DNA of 64,000 bases from Hydrolagus affinis (lineage: Eukaryota), in NCBI GenBank assembly GCA_012026655.1, contig JAAILG010001531.1, forward strand, positions 1 to 64,000, written 5' to 3'. The notes below the pieces were generated by a model. That model saw nothing but the letters and a program-made list of their open reading frames with translations. It had not been told where the DNA came from and searched no databases. Within the stretch, counting starts at the first letter, position 1. The number at the start of each line of letters is the position of its first letter. Both the position numbers and the translations under genes were made by a program. Shown one piece after another: positions 12,701 through 24,700 of the stretch.

Positions 12701-15700
12701 ACCTGCTTTGTGTCTTCCGCCTCATCACCTACCTTATACTTGGCAAGTGGACCTTCAGCCATTTGGTCCCAACCTTCTGGATCTCCGTTCTGCAGTCCCT
12801 CCACCTTACTCCATCCCTTGTCTCCTTCAAAGCCCTCCGTTTTGATAGTGTTTTGATCAGCCTCCTTTTCCCCACTCATCCCATCCTCCAACCTCCCAAA
12901 TCCCTACCCCAAGCTTGGGTCCAAAATACTGTCCGTCTAGCTCCTTGCGACATCCTCGCCACATGATAGGTGCTATACAAATGCAATTTTGCTGTTATAT
13001 TGTTCTAAAATAATCTAAGGGGCTAACCAACTACAGAAATGTGTGCATTTCCTATACTGGTGGAATTTAATTGAATGGAATCAAGCATTGTTCTGTGCAA
13101 CAGTTTTTTGTTAATGTGTATTTTTCTATTCAGCAATTGATGTAACAGTTTTGTTTGAGGGATGTGAAGCTGATTTATACCAGTTTAAATATGTAGAATA
13201 ATTTTGTACAGAGATCCTTACAACAACATTGCCCTGGATTCATATTCCTGAGTGATAGATTGAAATGATCTTTTTAATATTATGACAAGATTTTTATTTA
13301 GGTGTGCAAACAACCATAACCTAATGCATATTTCATTTCTGGACTTGGGTGGATGAATATAGTGATTCCAGCAAATCTTGATGGAAAAATGACGTGCTGA
13401 ATTGCAAGGATATAATTTTGCATGTGGTGAGGAGTTTTGGTGTTATATGCCAGAGTAATTTACTGATGACAAAACTTGTGGTATTCCATTGCAGATGGAG
13501 AATTTGCTGTGTTCACTAATTTTGTAGTTACAATAATAATAATAATAATAATAATCCTTGCATTTAATGCAGCCCTTTTCATGTCTTCGGGACTTCTCAA
13601 AGCGCTTCAAGGAATATACTGTAAAATGAATTGACCGCATATTTGTGGATGAAACGCGGCAGCCAATTGTATACGGTAGTGTCCCATAAACAGTTGTGGG
13701 TTGAAGTGACCAATTTATTATTGCTTTTTTTCTTGAGGGATTATTATCTGCATATTGTTGAGAAATCTCAGGAATGTGCAAATGAGATTTGAAACCGAGA
13801 GGCTAAAAACATTTGTCTGTTGTGGCCTTAAGTCATTGTTGACAAGCTTTCCTATCTTGAAATTTGGGATTCTTCCCACTTAATTCCCATCGTGCTAACC
13901 AATAAGGTCATTCTATCGAAAAGCAAATGAAAGCTCAAAGTCCATTGTACAGATACTTATATATCTGTGTGGTTGTGGTGAATTCCAGAAGTAACCGTTG
14001 TGCATTTTGGGATACTTCTGTCCTTTGGAACGTGCCACTAATTAGCCTAGCTGTTTACCTTTAAAATATTGGGTATAGTGTTGGGAATGAACTACTCAAA
14101 TTCACAGCAATTCATGTGAAAAGTTTTGGTGGACCTTTAAAGGTTTGTCATTTCTATCTGCAACGTTCTAGAAGTTTCTAGAGGGTGCAACAAAACAGGT
14201 TCTTAAATGGCATGTGGTGTTGGAATCCAACCTTTTTACACTGTGAGGTAGAATCCACAGTACAGGTACCCTGCCCCAACCGCGTTTTTTTCTACTGTTA
14301 ATTTCACTTATCCACGGTTGGCTCGTTGCGACAACCCTTGCTAACCATGGCAATGGTTATTGCTTAACCCTTGCTTATCCACGGGTTTAAACACTAACAC
14401 TAGCGTTTGGCGCTAGGACCCAGTTGCATCAACCAGCCACAATGTCGCTTTGCGCTAGCGTCTGGTGCTAGGACCCAGTTGCAATGTCGCAAACAACCAG
14501 CGAGATGTCGCTTCTCTCTAAGGATTAAGGTAAATAACATGAATTTATTGACGCTTCTCCACATCTCCCCCTCACCCCTCCATGTCACCCACCACACCAC
14601 CTTCTCCATTGATTTTTCTCTCTCTCTCTTTCTCTCTGTCTGTGTGTAGATCAGTCAGTCAGACAGCCTTGTGGATTGCTGCAGATCCTGGCAGCCGATG
14701 CGCCCACACTTACTCCCCCTATCCCCATGTTTCCCATAGTGCCCTGCATTTTCCAACCACGACAAAGCAAACGTACTCCCCCTATCCCTGTGTTTCCCAT
14801 AGGGCCCTATATTTTCCAACCGCGGAGGTTTTCAGGAACATATCCCCTGCGGTTGGGAGGGGTACCTGTATTGGCATCAACATGGAACAACTTGCCAATG
14901 CAGTTTGACGTGTTTAAACCTACACATCAGTGTGAAAGCGAAACATGTTGGAGGATCATGCGGCTGAGCCAGTTTTGTTGCTGGGGACCTCCCTGCCTTC
15001 AACCACTATGGCTAATAAATGTCGGGACATTTGAAATAAAAAGTCGCTGGGAACAGCAGATCAGGCAACATTATGGAGAGAGGAAAGTCAGTTAATATTT
15101 CAGGTCAGGACATTTGATGTAATTGTATCTCATGGGATGATGTTTTGCTCTGAGGTCTCTTGAGTCGTTTACTGTACAAAACACCATATTTCTCTTATTT
15201 GTAGTTCATGATTGAATTTATATGGAAGCACAGCTGAAAAGGAATAGTAGGAGACTACTGAATGAATATCAATTCTTAACTATCTCTTTTCCTCAGCATA
15301 TCTCAGCCATTGTGGAGATTGGCAGGCAACTTTCAACTAAGAAAGGAGAAAGTCTTAAAACACACTACGTGGACTGTAAATTTCTTTGGTTTTTCTGTTC
15401 TGAAGGTACTACTGGCTGTTGCTTTTGTGTGGTTCTGTGAGTATCCCACAGCCCAAGCTTAGCAATTGTATCACTGTACCATACACGGAAGTGTGATCTG
15501 TAAAGATCATCACAGATACTGGTTGGCTTGATGTATTACTGAGTATGGGATAATGAATACCCATTTAAAATAATTGTGTAAATAAATATGTGTGCGGTGT
15601 CACTATTTAGAATAATTTTTTTTCTAAAGGTTAAAATAACACTATTTTGGATCACAAAAAGTCCTTTTGTGACTATTTATGTTACCCTTTAGGCCCTATT

Positions 15701-18700
15701 TTGAAATCTGCACATTTTTACATGTTCCTGGTTTGTTCAGCATTGACAACATTTGAAGCACCATCTAATTTACAAAGGATAGCATAACTGACTTGTATTT
15801 TAAAATAGCCAAAGGAAACAAATCTATTAAAAGTGACTGCTGTATGAGGTCAGGAAAATCATATTCTCCCTTGAATATGCAGAGAAAATAGATCCATTTA
15901 TTGAGTTTTCTGAACTATAAGTAGCGTTGATTTCACATTTTTTTATCCTTCCACTCCTTAATATTCAAAGTACTCTTTACTTCATGAAAGTGCTCAAACA
16001 CAAACTTGTATATTTTTTCAAGGCAAAGAATGTACATAACATGTTCATAGACTACAATTCAATAAGGGGTCATTTATCTGTACATAGTTACATTAGGAAA
16101 AATAGAAGAAAAATGGATGAGTTGTACTTTATTATCTGGATTTCTGTTCCTCATTGATTTTTATATGTGATCCCTGTATCTCTCTTGTGCCGTGCACTGT
16201 TGAAGCAACATTAATTGGAGTTCAAGGGATTTTTGTACTCGTGTACTAATCTGCGGTTATTTTTCCGTAATATTTTACTTTTAAATAGGGTGGCTTTTTT
16301 TAATCAATGCTATATTTGCAAATAGTTGAAATAAGGACTATTCCATGGTCTTGAGCTTACATGTTTAAGTGGTACTTTTAGCATTTCAATTTGGAACTTG
16401 TATTTCATTACAGGCCAAGCTGGATGATTACCAAGAACGACTTGACCGAGGAGAAGCCCTAAACCAAGACCAGTTGGTGAGTGTTACTGGATCTACAATT
16501 CGAGCAGAAAAGCTGTTACTCATTACCTGTTGAATTGAAAATAATCGGAGTATCAATAAAAATTCTGTTATTCTATCATGTAATTCAGAAAATTTGGAGA
16601 AATTAAACGGGGAAGGGGTTAAAACAATCTGTGCAATGTAATCCCAACTACCATCAATCCCAGTCTGTGATTTATAATTGGAACCTGTAATTTAAATGGG
16701 AACAATCTATTGTAAAATATTTTTGCTCAGTGTTGTGAAGTTTTGTATACAATTGTGTCCCAATCAAGACCCATTTTTACCAGGTAACTAGAAGGTAATT
16801 TTTTAAATTGATTGGATGCTTTAATTACTATCTTGACTGTTGAGCATACTCCCTTCAGGTGAACTTTATTACAACTTCAGCTATGTAGTATCCTGCAGCT
16901 TTTCAAACATTTGCTTCCTTGAGAAATTTCAGTATTAAAAATCATTGTTCATTTATTTTGTAGGAAGCGGTTGGAAAGTTACAAGAGGTTGCGAACAATC
17001 TGGAATTTGCTCGTGAATTGCAGCGGAGCTTCATTACATTAGGTCAAGATGTAAGTATCTATGGGAGGCCAGCTGCGAGCATTTCGGAATAGATTTATAT
17101 CTTCCGAATTGCAGTACTAATCATTTCTTTCAAAGCCGTAAAAATGTGCAATTGCTATAGTCATGTGGTTTCTTTAACTCCCCTCCTGAATATAGTGCTG
17201 GCAGCAGATTGTTTTCAATAAATTCTTTGCAAAATCATTTGGTTCTTCACATTAATTTTTGTTGGATTATTTATCTCTGGCAAAAGGTATTGCATGTGCT
17301 TTGGAGATGACAAGCTGTCCGATTCATATACTTCCAGGCTCTGTTTGAAGCCTGGTCCATTGAAATAGCCATATTAGTTGCCAATCCCCCATGCTAAATA
17401 AAACAATGGTTTTTGAATTCCGAAAATTCCAATTATTTGACTTATTGTGAAACAACATGACTTAAAAAATATTTCCCCCTTTGTACAGATCCAAAAATCC
17501 TTAAAGAAGGCAGCTCGTCGGGAACAATTGATGAGAGAGGAAGTGGAACAAAAGCGACTAAAAACAGTGCTTGAACTACAGTATGTGTTGGACAAATTGG
17601 GTGATGATGATACACGCAACGACTTGAAACAAGGCTGGAATGGATCTTTTGTTCTTACCGAAGAGGAGCTCACACTGGTGGATGATTTTTACAAGTTGGT
17701 ACAACCCGAACGAGACATGAACCTCAGGTAATAATTTAGTGAAATAACGGATACATATTTGTTGCTGTCTGTTATTGGTAGCTATACAATTGTAAAAACC
17801 ATACAATTGTAAAATCGATGAAGCGTTTTTCTTCTGGATCCAGTACAAGATATAGTTCTGCTAAACATTGATTTGGTTTTCCTTGAATCTGAAAACAACA
17901 ACTTGCATATAGAGCTCCTCACACAGGGTAGCTCAGCTTCTCAAAGCGCTTGACAGTAGCTTTAATTAATCTAATCAGAGCAACTTTTAACTAATTTTAA
18001 TTATCCAGGTTACTGATCGTTTTGCAATCGGATGGTTTGTAAGGGGATATAAATTTTAATCAACCCAATAACTTGAGAAATGTATAGTAAATCAATGTAA
18101 TACATACTAAAACCCAGCATTTGAACCAAGTTCATAAGAGGTGTATCGGATGCAGGATTAATTAGTATTAAATTAATACATTTTTCTGTAGGTATAGTTG
18201 ATTATCTTTTGGTAATTGAGATATGTACTTAAATCATCTTATTTATAGGCTGTGTGAACAATTTGAAAAAGCATCGGTGCACTTATGGGACCTACTGGAA
18301 GGAAGAGACAAGGCAGTTGGGGGTACAACCTGTGAGTATTAAACAATGTTNNNNNNNNNNNNNNNNNNNNNNNNNNNNNNNNNNNNNNNNNNNNNNNNNN
18401 NNNNNNNNNNNNNNNNNNNNNNNNNNNNNNNNNNNNNNNNNNNNNNNNNNTATTTTGGTATTTATTTTACTTGAAGGGCAATTTCTAATTCTAGAAAGTT
18501 GTACTTGACAATAACTTAATTCCAATTTCTAGTTGTGGGATTGGAGAATTTGCCTAAGCTAAAAATCTATGGAGCACAGCTGGAGTTCAAGAAAAGATCA
18601 GACTGATAAGATGAGAAATATTTTAGAACTGAATATACAATAACATTTATATTTTGCAGACAAGAAACTGAAGGAAATAGTTGACCGACTCCTACGCAGT

Positions 18701-21700
18701 GGCTATTTTGACAGCGTGCATAACCACCAAAATGGAGTGTGTGAAGAGGAAGAGCCATCCCCTGTACCTGCTGAGGAACAGCCTCCAGAACCAGGTATAC
18801 CTTACATTTTCTGGTGTAACTGGTTTCTATGTTCTGTGCTTTTTTCAAACATGTTAGAATGTATTCTTCCACCTCAAAAGTCTTGTACAGTAAAGGCCTA
18901 TTTATCCGTGACCCGATCAACCGTAACTCCTGTATAACCGGCACCTCAAAAAAAAAAGGTCCCCATTCGAATAACCGGATATTATCCGGCACAATCGCAG
19001 TGGTGCATTTAATGGGTCAATTGTTGCACTAGTCATTGTTGCACTAGAGTACAGGTATGCCTCCCCAACCGTGGGGGATACATTCCTGAAAACCTCCGCA
19101 GTTGGTAAAACTGTGATTGGAAAATACAGGGCCCTATGGGAAACATGGGGATAGGGGGAGTAAGTTTGGGAGCATTGGCTGCCAGGATCTGCAGCAATCC
19201 GCGAGGCTGTCTCACTGACTGATCTACACAGAGAGAGAGAAATCAACAGAGAAGGTGGTGTAGTGGGTGACACGGAGATGGAGGGATGTGCAGAAGGTGG
19301 TGTGGTGACATGGGGATAGGGAGAGTAAGTTTGGGAGCATTGGCTGCCAAGTTCTGCGGACACAGAGAGAAAGAGAAATCAACAGAGATTTACCTTAATC
19401 CTAAAAGAGAAGCGACATCTCGCTGGTTGATTGTGACATCGCAACTGAGTCCTAGCGCCAGACACTAGCGCGAAGCTGGTTGATGCAACTGGGTCCTAGC
19501 GCCAAACGCTAGTGGTAGTGTTAAAATCTGTGGATAACCAAGGATTAAGCAATAACCATCGCCGTGGTTAGCAAGGGTTGTCGCAGCGAGACAACCGTGG
19601 ATAAGTGAAATTAGTTGTAGAAAAAAAACGTGGTTGGGGCAGGGTACCTGTACCGTGGATTCCACCTCACAGTGTAAAAAGGTTGGATTCTAACACCACA
19701 TGTCATTTAAGAACCCGTTTTGTTACCTGTATAATACGATTAGTTCTGAATGCTGCCAGTAGTGGCATTTCCGGTTTTTCTTCTTAAAGAGGTAATGTTT
19801 TTCCTCTCTTTCTCTCTCATCCTTTTTTTTATTCTTTCTCTCCTTCCTTCCTCTCTATCTCACCCTCTCTCTTTCTATCCCTTCCCCTTTCTTTCCCTCT
19901 CTCTCTCTCTCTCTCTGACGGATGCTACATTGCCTGTGTAGCCTGACGGTATCGTTGGTTTATACACTGTTTTGGTGTGGGATGGGAGAAGGAAAGAGAG
20001 GCAGGGAGAGAGAGAGAGGGTGGTGGGTGGGGGGGGGGGGGGGTGAAGAGAGGAATGGGAGGTGAGAGAGAGGGGATGTTGATTAATTTAGATGGAAAAT
20101 GAGAGGAGTAGAGGGGGTTTGGGTTTGGAGCCATTGAGATGCCAGACTGACTAAGTGTGAGTGTGAAAGAGAGAGGGAAGGAGGGAGAGAAAGAAAGGAA
20201 AAAAACTCGCCAGTCCACCATTGTAGAAGTTTGCTTTGTGATTGTGTGCTGTGTTTATAGACTAATCAATATTTATTGCTTTATTGGTAAGTATCCATAT
20301 AATATTCTGTTATTGTTTAGTCTATTATTAATATGGTATTGTGGAGCTCCTGTGGCTCAGTGGTTAGAGCACTTGTCTTGCAAGCCGGGGAGACCAAGCT
20401 GGGGAGACCTGTGTTCGAATCCAGGCAGGTCAGGGTGAAACCTTGGGCAAGTTTCCTTACTCCACACGCCTAATAATAATCCCTCCAAAAAAAAACACAA
20501 TAATAAAATTGGTCATTTCAATCCACGACTGTTTGTGGGGGACACTGCTGTGCGCAATTGGCTGCTGCAATTCGCCCACAATATACAGTCAGTTCACTTT
20601 ACAGTATATTCTGTGAAGCGCTTTGGGACGTTGATAAGATGTGAAAAGCGCTATATCAAATGCAAGGATTATTATTATTATTATTTTTTTTTAAAAGTTA
20701 ATTTTTTTGGTGTTGGGTTTTCGGCAGCTGGCCGCCCGAATATCCAGCACGCAGTTTAACCGATATTGGCCGGGTCCCCAGGATATCGGATAAATGGGCT
20801 TTCACTCTATTTTGAGAGTCGCATTGAAATCATTGCGGGTAGTTAAAAAATGTAGTTGTTAACTTGCTTGTCTCAGTTGATAAGCACATCTGGTTGGGAA
20901 GGTTGTTGGTGTGAACCTTACACCAGGGCTTGAGCATTTAACGGTAGGCATTATTGCCTTGGGACGTCCTCCCAAGGCGCTCTATAAATGTAATTTAGTT
21001 TGTTGTATTGGAGGTCTTTCAGATAATACTAAAACAACAGATTTAAGATTAATGTGAAATATTCTATGGCATTGCTTTGAAGTTTTTGTACCAGTGTCCA
21101 GGCCAATATTCCTCCCTCAAACAAATACACTGAATGGATTAAAATTAATCATTCAATCCTTAAAACATCCCTTCTATGCAATTTCTGTTGAGGCTTAATA
21201 TACTGGACCCAAATAGTGGTGACAGTGCTGAGAAAATGACTAGCCTTTTCTTTCTCCTTATAAAAACAATTTAGACTTTGCTGCCACAATCCTTCTAATT
21301 TCAGTGGATAGATGTGACTTGGATTTAAATGTGATACAAGCACAGCTATATTGATTGACTCAACATACTCTTATGCAATAGTGTGCATTTTGCCGGAATG
21401 AATCTGTAATATGAATTTTTGATGATGATATTGACACTCATGAAAGGTAGTCCTCTGCAGCCATTGCTTCACGGTTACATTTAATAAAGTAATAATATGA
21501 TTAAACATATTGTTTGCGTTAAAAAGTTTCATTATTTTAACTTTTTTTTAGAACCTGAAGCAATTGAAGAGTATGTGGAACAAACTGATGTAGAAGCCAG
21601 AGAAGTGAGTTGCTCCTGTTCCCAGGCTATATTTTTCACTGTTGTGAATACTTATTATGAATAAGCTACACTGTGTTAATTGAATTGCTTATTATATTAT

Positions 21701-24700
21701 GCATATTACCATGTTTTTATGGCACATGTTGTATATGTGTACGTAATTTGATTTTCTTTGTGTGGTTGTGATGCTTTTAAAATGTGCCCTTGAACGTCAC
21801 AGGTATTTATATAACATATGGCTAGGCCAGCTAATGAACTATCTTTAGGCCAGTTATTGAATTAACTAGCAACATTTGCTGAATATTATGCTTAATGGCA
21901 ACGTTTTATTTGGAAGGAAGCAACCCTGATTCGGATGAATTAGTTTGATACTCGGAATCGAGTGTTGAACAGACTATATTGAAAATAGCAAATTCTAAAT
22001 AAAATGTGTTCCTTGGGGAGCGGCAGCTATTGCAGAATGTTTGTTTGGTCTGATTGTGTTCTGGTGTAGGGAATTTCTGTCAATGCCACTTGGAGCAGTT
22101 TTCATTGTCTTGATCTCTTGACGGCTCATGGTGGCCAATGCTTGGTTCTGCAGTGCTCAAAGTGGACCCTGTTGTTTCGTTGAGTGTCTTGCTATTTGTA
22201 CTATTTTGTTGCTGTGCTAATTGTATGTGGAGGTTGCTGTGCTAATTGTATGTGGAGGTTGAATGCAAAACCTTGGTTTGCATTCAATGGTTTACATTCA
22301 ATTCAGTGGGAGCCTCCATGCTAATGGCCTGGAGGTTCCTATTCTTGGAAGTTCAATCATCAGAAACAACATCCCTGGTTGGTTTTCTCTATCTGAATTG
22401 GTATTGCTTACAGCTATTTGGGTTAAACTTGTTGTGTTGCATCATATTGTCCCCTGAGTCTGCTCCTGTTTCTAACCAAAGAGCCAATGGGTGTGGTTCA
22501 AAATGAAGTCATAGTAAACTAGGAGGAGATCACTTGGCCAGTGTAACAGCACTTATATGTTCAGTTTCTTAACTATCCTTGGGCATTTATTTTCCAGAAG
22601 GGTAGCAAATTGTAATTGTATGTGGAGGTTTAACAAAGAATGAGGAAGGCCATTCCTACAGTTAAGTTTTTCATGTTCTGCTTTCCTAAGTAGCAAAGTT
22701 ACTTGAGGCTGTTATTTGCTGTGGCCGTGCATCAATAGCTTTACATCCCTGCGATAGCTCATTCATAGTAACTTATCACTGATGTTGAGTTTGTTTTCCA
22801 GTTTGTAAACAGGCAGTTCATTGCAGAGGCACAGTTCAGCAGCAGCCAGAAAGAGCAAGCTGATGAATGGAATGCAGAGCCCATTGAGGTAACTAATTAA
22901 TAGGAGATAATTGGATAGATTCTAATCTGGTCGTGGTAACTAATCTGGGCAATAATTGTAATATTTTGTTTAAAAGGGAAAAAATCTATAGCTCCTAATC
23001 CTCATTAAGGGTGTTTGCTTTGTTGCCATTGAGCAATTAAGGAATGCTTCCAATTTTTTTTGTAACCATGAAGTTGGATATTTAACACAAAACTTGGACA
23101 TTTATTACTAAAATCCAAGGCAGAGGTACTTTAATTGTATTTTAACCACAATAACTTTGACACTTGACATTTCTCAGCCACCACAAACTTTAAGAATTAA
23201 TTCATATGAGCATAGAAACCAAGTTACTGTATCAAAACAAAATTTCCATCACTGCCCATGTGAACTAAAGATCTGGAGTTAATTGGCAGGTCAGAAGTTT
23301 GACTTGCTCTCGCATGATCTATGGAGCTACAGAATTGAATAATGCCAAAATTGAATTTAGAATGCAGTTTCATAATAGATGGCATACCTAGGCATTCCCA
23401 GTCAGGGTGAATGAAGCTAGGGAAGTTAAGGACATTTGTAAGAAAAGGGAACTTGATATTAGCTATAACCAATTAATGAAGCCTGGGAATTTTGAGTTCA
23501 TAGAATACGTTTTGAAGTACGAAAGATTTATAGTCTAAGCTGCGTTGTTCATTTGAAACAAAAATAGAAGTCTCTGGGAACACTCAGCAGATCAGATAGC
23601 ATCTATGGAGAAAGGAAAAGTGAGTCAACGTTTCGGGTCCACGACCCTTTGTCAGAACTGGAAGATTTCCAGCATCTCCTGTATTTTGTGTTTTTGCATT
23701 GTTTATTTGTTTAACCTCCAAATACGAATAAATAGGAAGTTATTTGAGCCGGGGAAACAGAGGCTGCCCATAAAATCTATTCAAGTAACTGGAGCCACGT
23801 GATCTTCTCCAGTTTGTGCTTTATGCAGTATTAGTTATTGTACTGAATTTATGCTTTCTTTATCAGCTTCACTACTAGGACTCACATGAGGAAAGAGGTT
23901 TTTCAAGACTGCTGATTTAGTGATTTTTTTTTGAATTGGTAGCTTTAGTAGCCTTCACAGTTTTTGAACAAATAATTGCAAGGTTATGTAATTATTTGCT
24001 AATTCATTTGTGTTTTGCTTCCAGGGCGGCTTATATAAGTTCTTTAGGGCTTCAGACTAGAGAGTATATCCACGCTCACTGAATTTGACTGCAGCTGTAT
24101 TTACTATAGTGCAATGGATGTCTGTGTATACTGAGATTAAGAAATCAAATAGTTTATTAGCGGTGAAGAGATCTCTGTAGGACCAGGAGGTTGGATACTG
24201 TCCACTTAGATTTGAATGGTCTTTCAATGATGGCTGAGCCCCACCTACAAACACACAGATTCAACTTTTGGTCATTCCTGCATTATTGCATCTGGGCAAT
24301 ACTTGATGCTCCAGATATCTTACCACCCTTGTGTTTCGGAGGCAGAAAAGCAGTAAGGATTTCTCCTACTAATTACTCTTATGTCCCTACTGGAACTTGC
24401 ACATGTCAGAACCAGATTGGATTCATCTTGGATGGCCATCAAACTCGGTGATGCTCACTATCTACATTGAGTGAGTGAAGAATGATCTGGTTCCTGATGG
24501 GATATGTGACATCTTATTGAGCAACAGACTGTTCTGTAATACGTTAGCAATTCTTGGTTGCCAACAGGTATAGGTGGTGGTTAAAAGCATTGAGGTCTTC
24601 CACGTGCTTTGGTGTGCGTATTAGCTTGTTCAGATAAATTAATTGATGTCTGGGGCTTTGAGCTATACATCACAAAAGTAATGGTTCGATTACGACATGC

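Larger units (their letters stand above)
18888..20807. mobile_element. Tigger-like non-autonomous element hosting a nested MITE, CT/GA low-complexity tracts and a SINE
   Basis: TA-cagtaaaggcctatttatccg ... cggataaatgggctttcactc-TA imperfect TIRs. Confidence 0.7.

Noticed and set aside
12328-12966. Longest ORF (212 aa) as a novel gene
   Set aside because: Frameshifted L2 ORF2 remnant.
14400-15095. Similar ORFs at 14.2-15.1 kb and 18.9-19.8 kb as a duplicated peptide gene
   Set aside because: They are translations of two copies of the same non-coding MITE.
18351-18450. Gap hiding a missing CAPRIN1 exon
   Set aside because: Exons 6 and 7 join in frame and read as continuous Caprin-1 sequence (GTT-YKKLKEIV).
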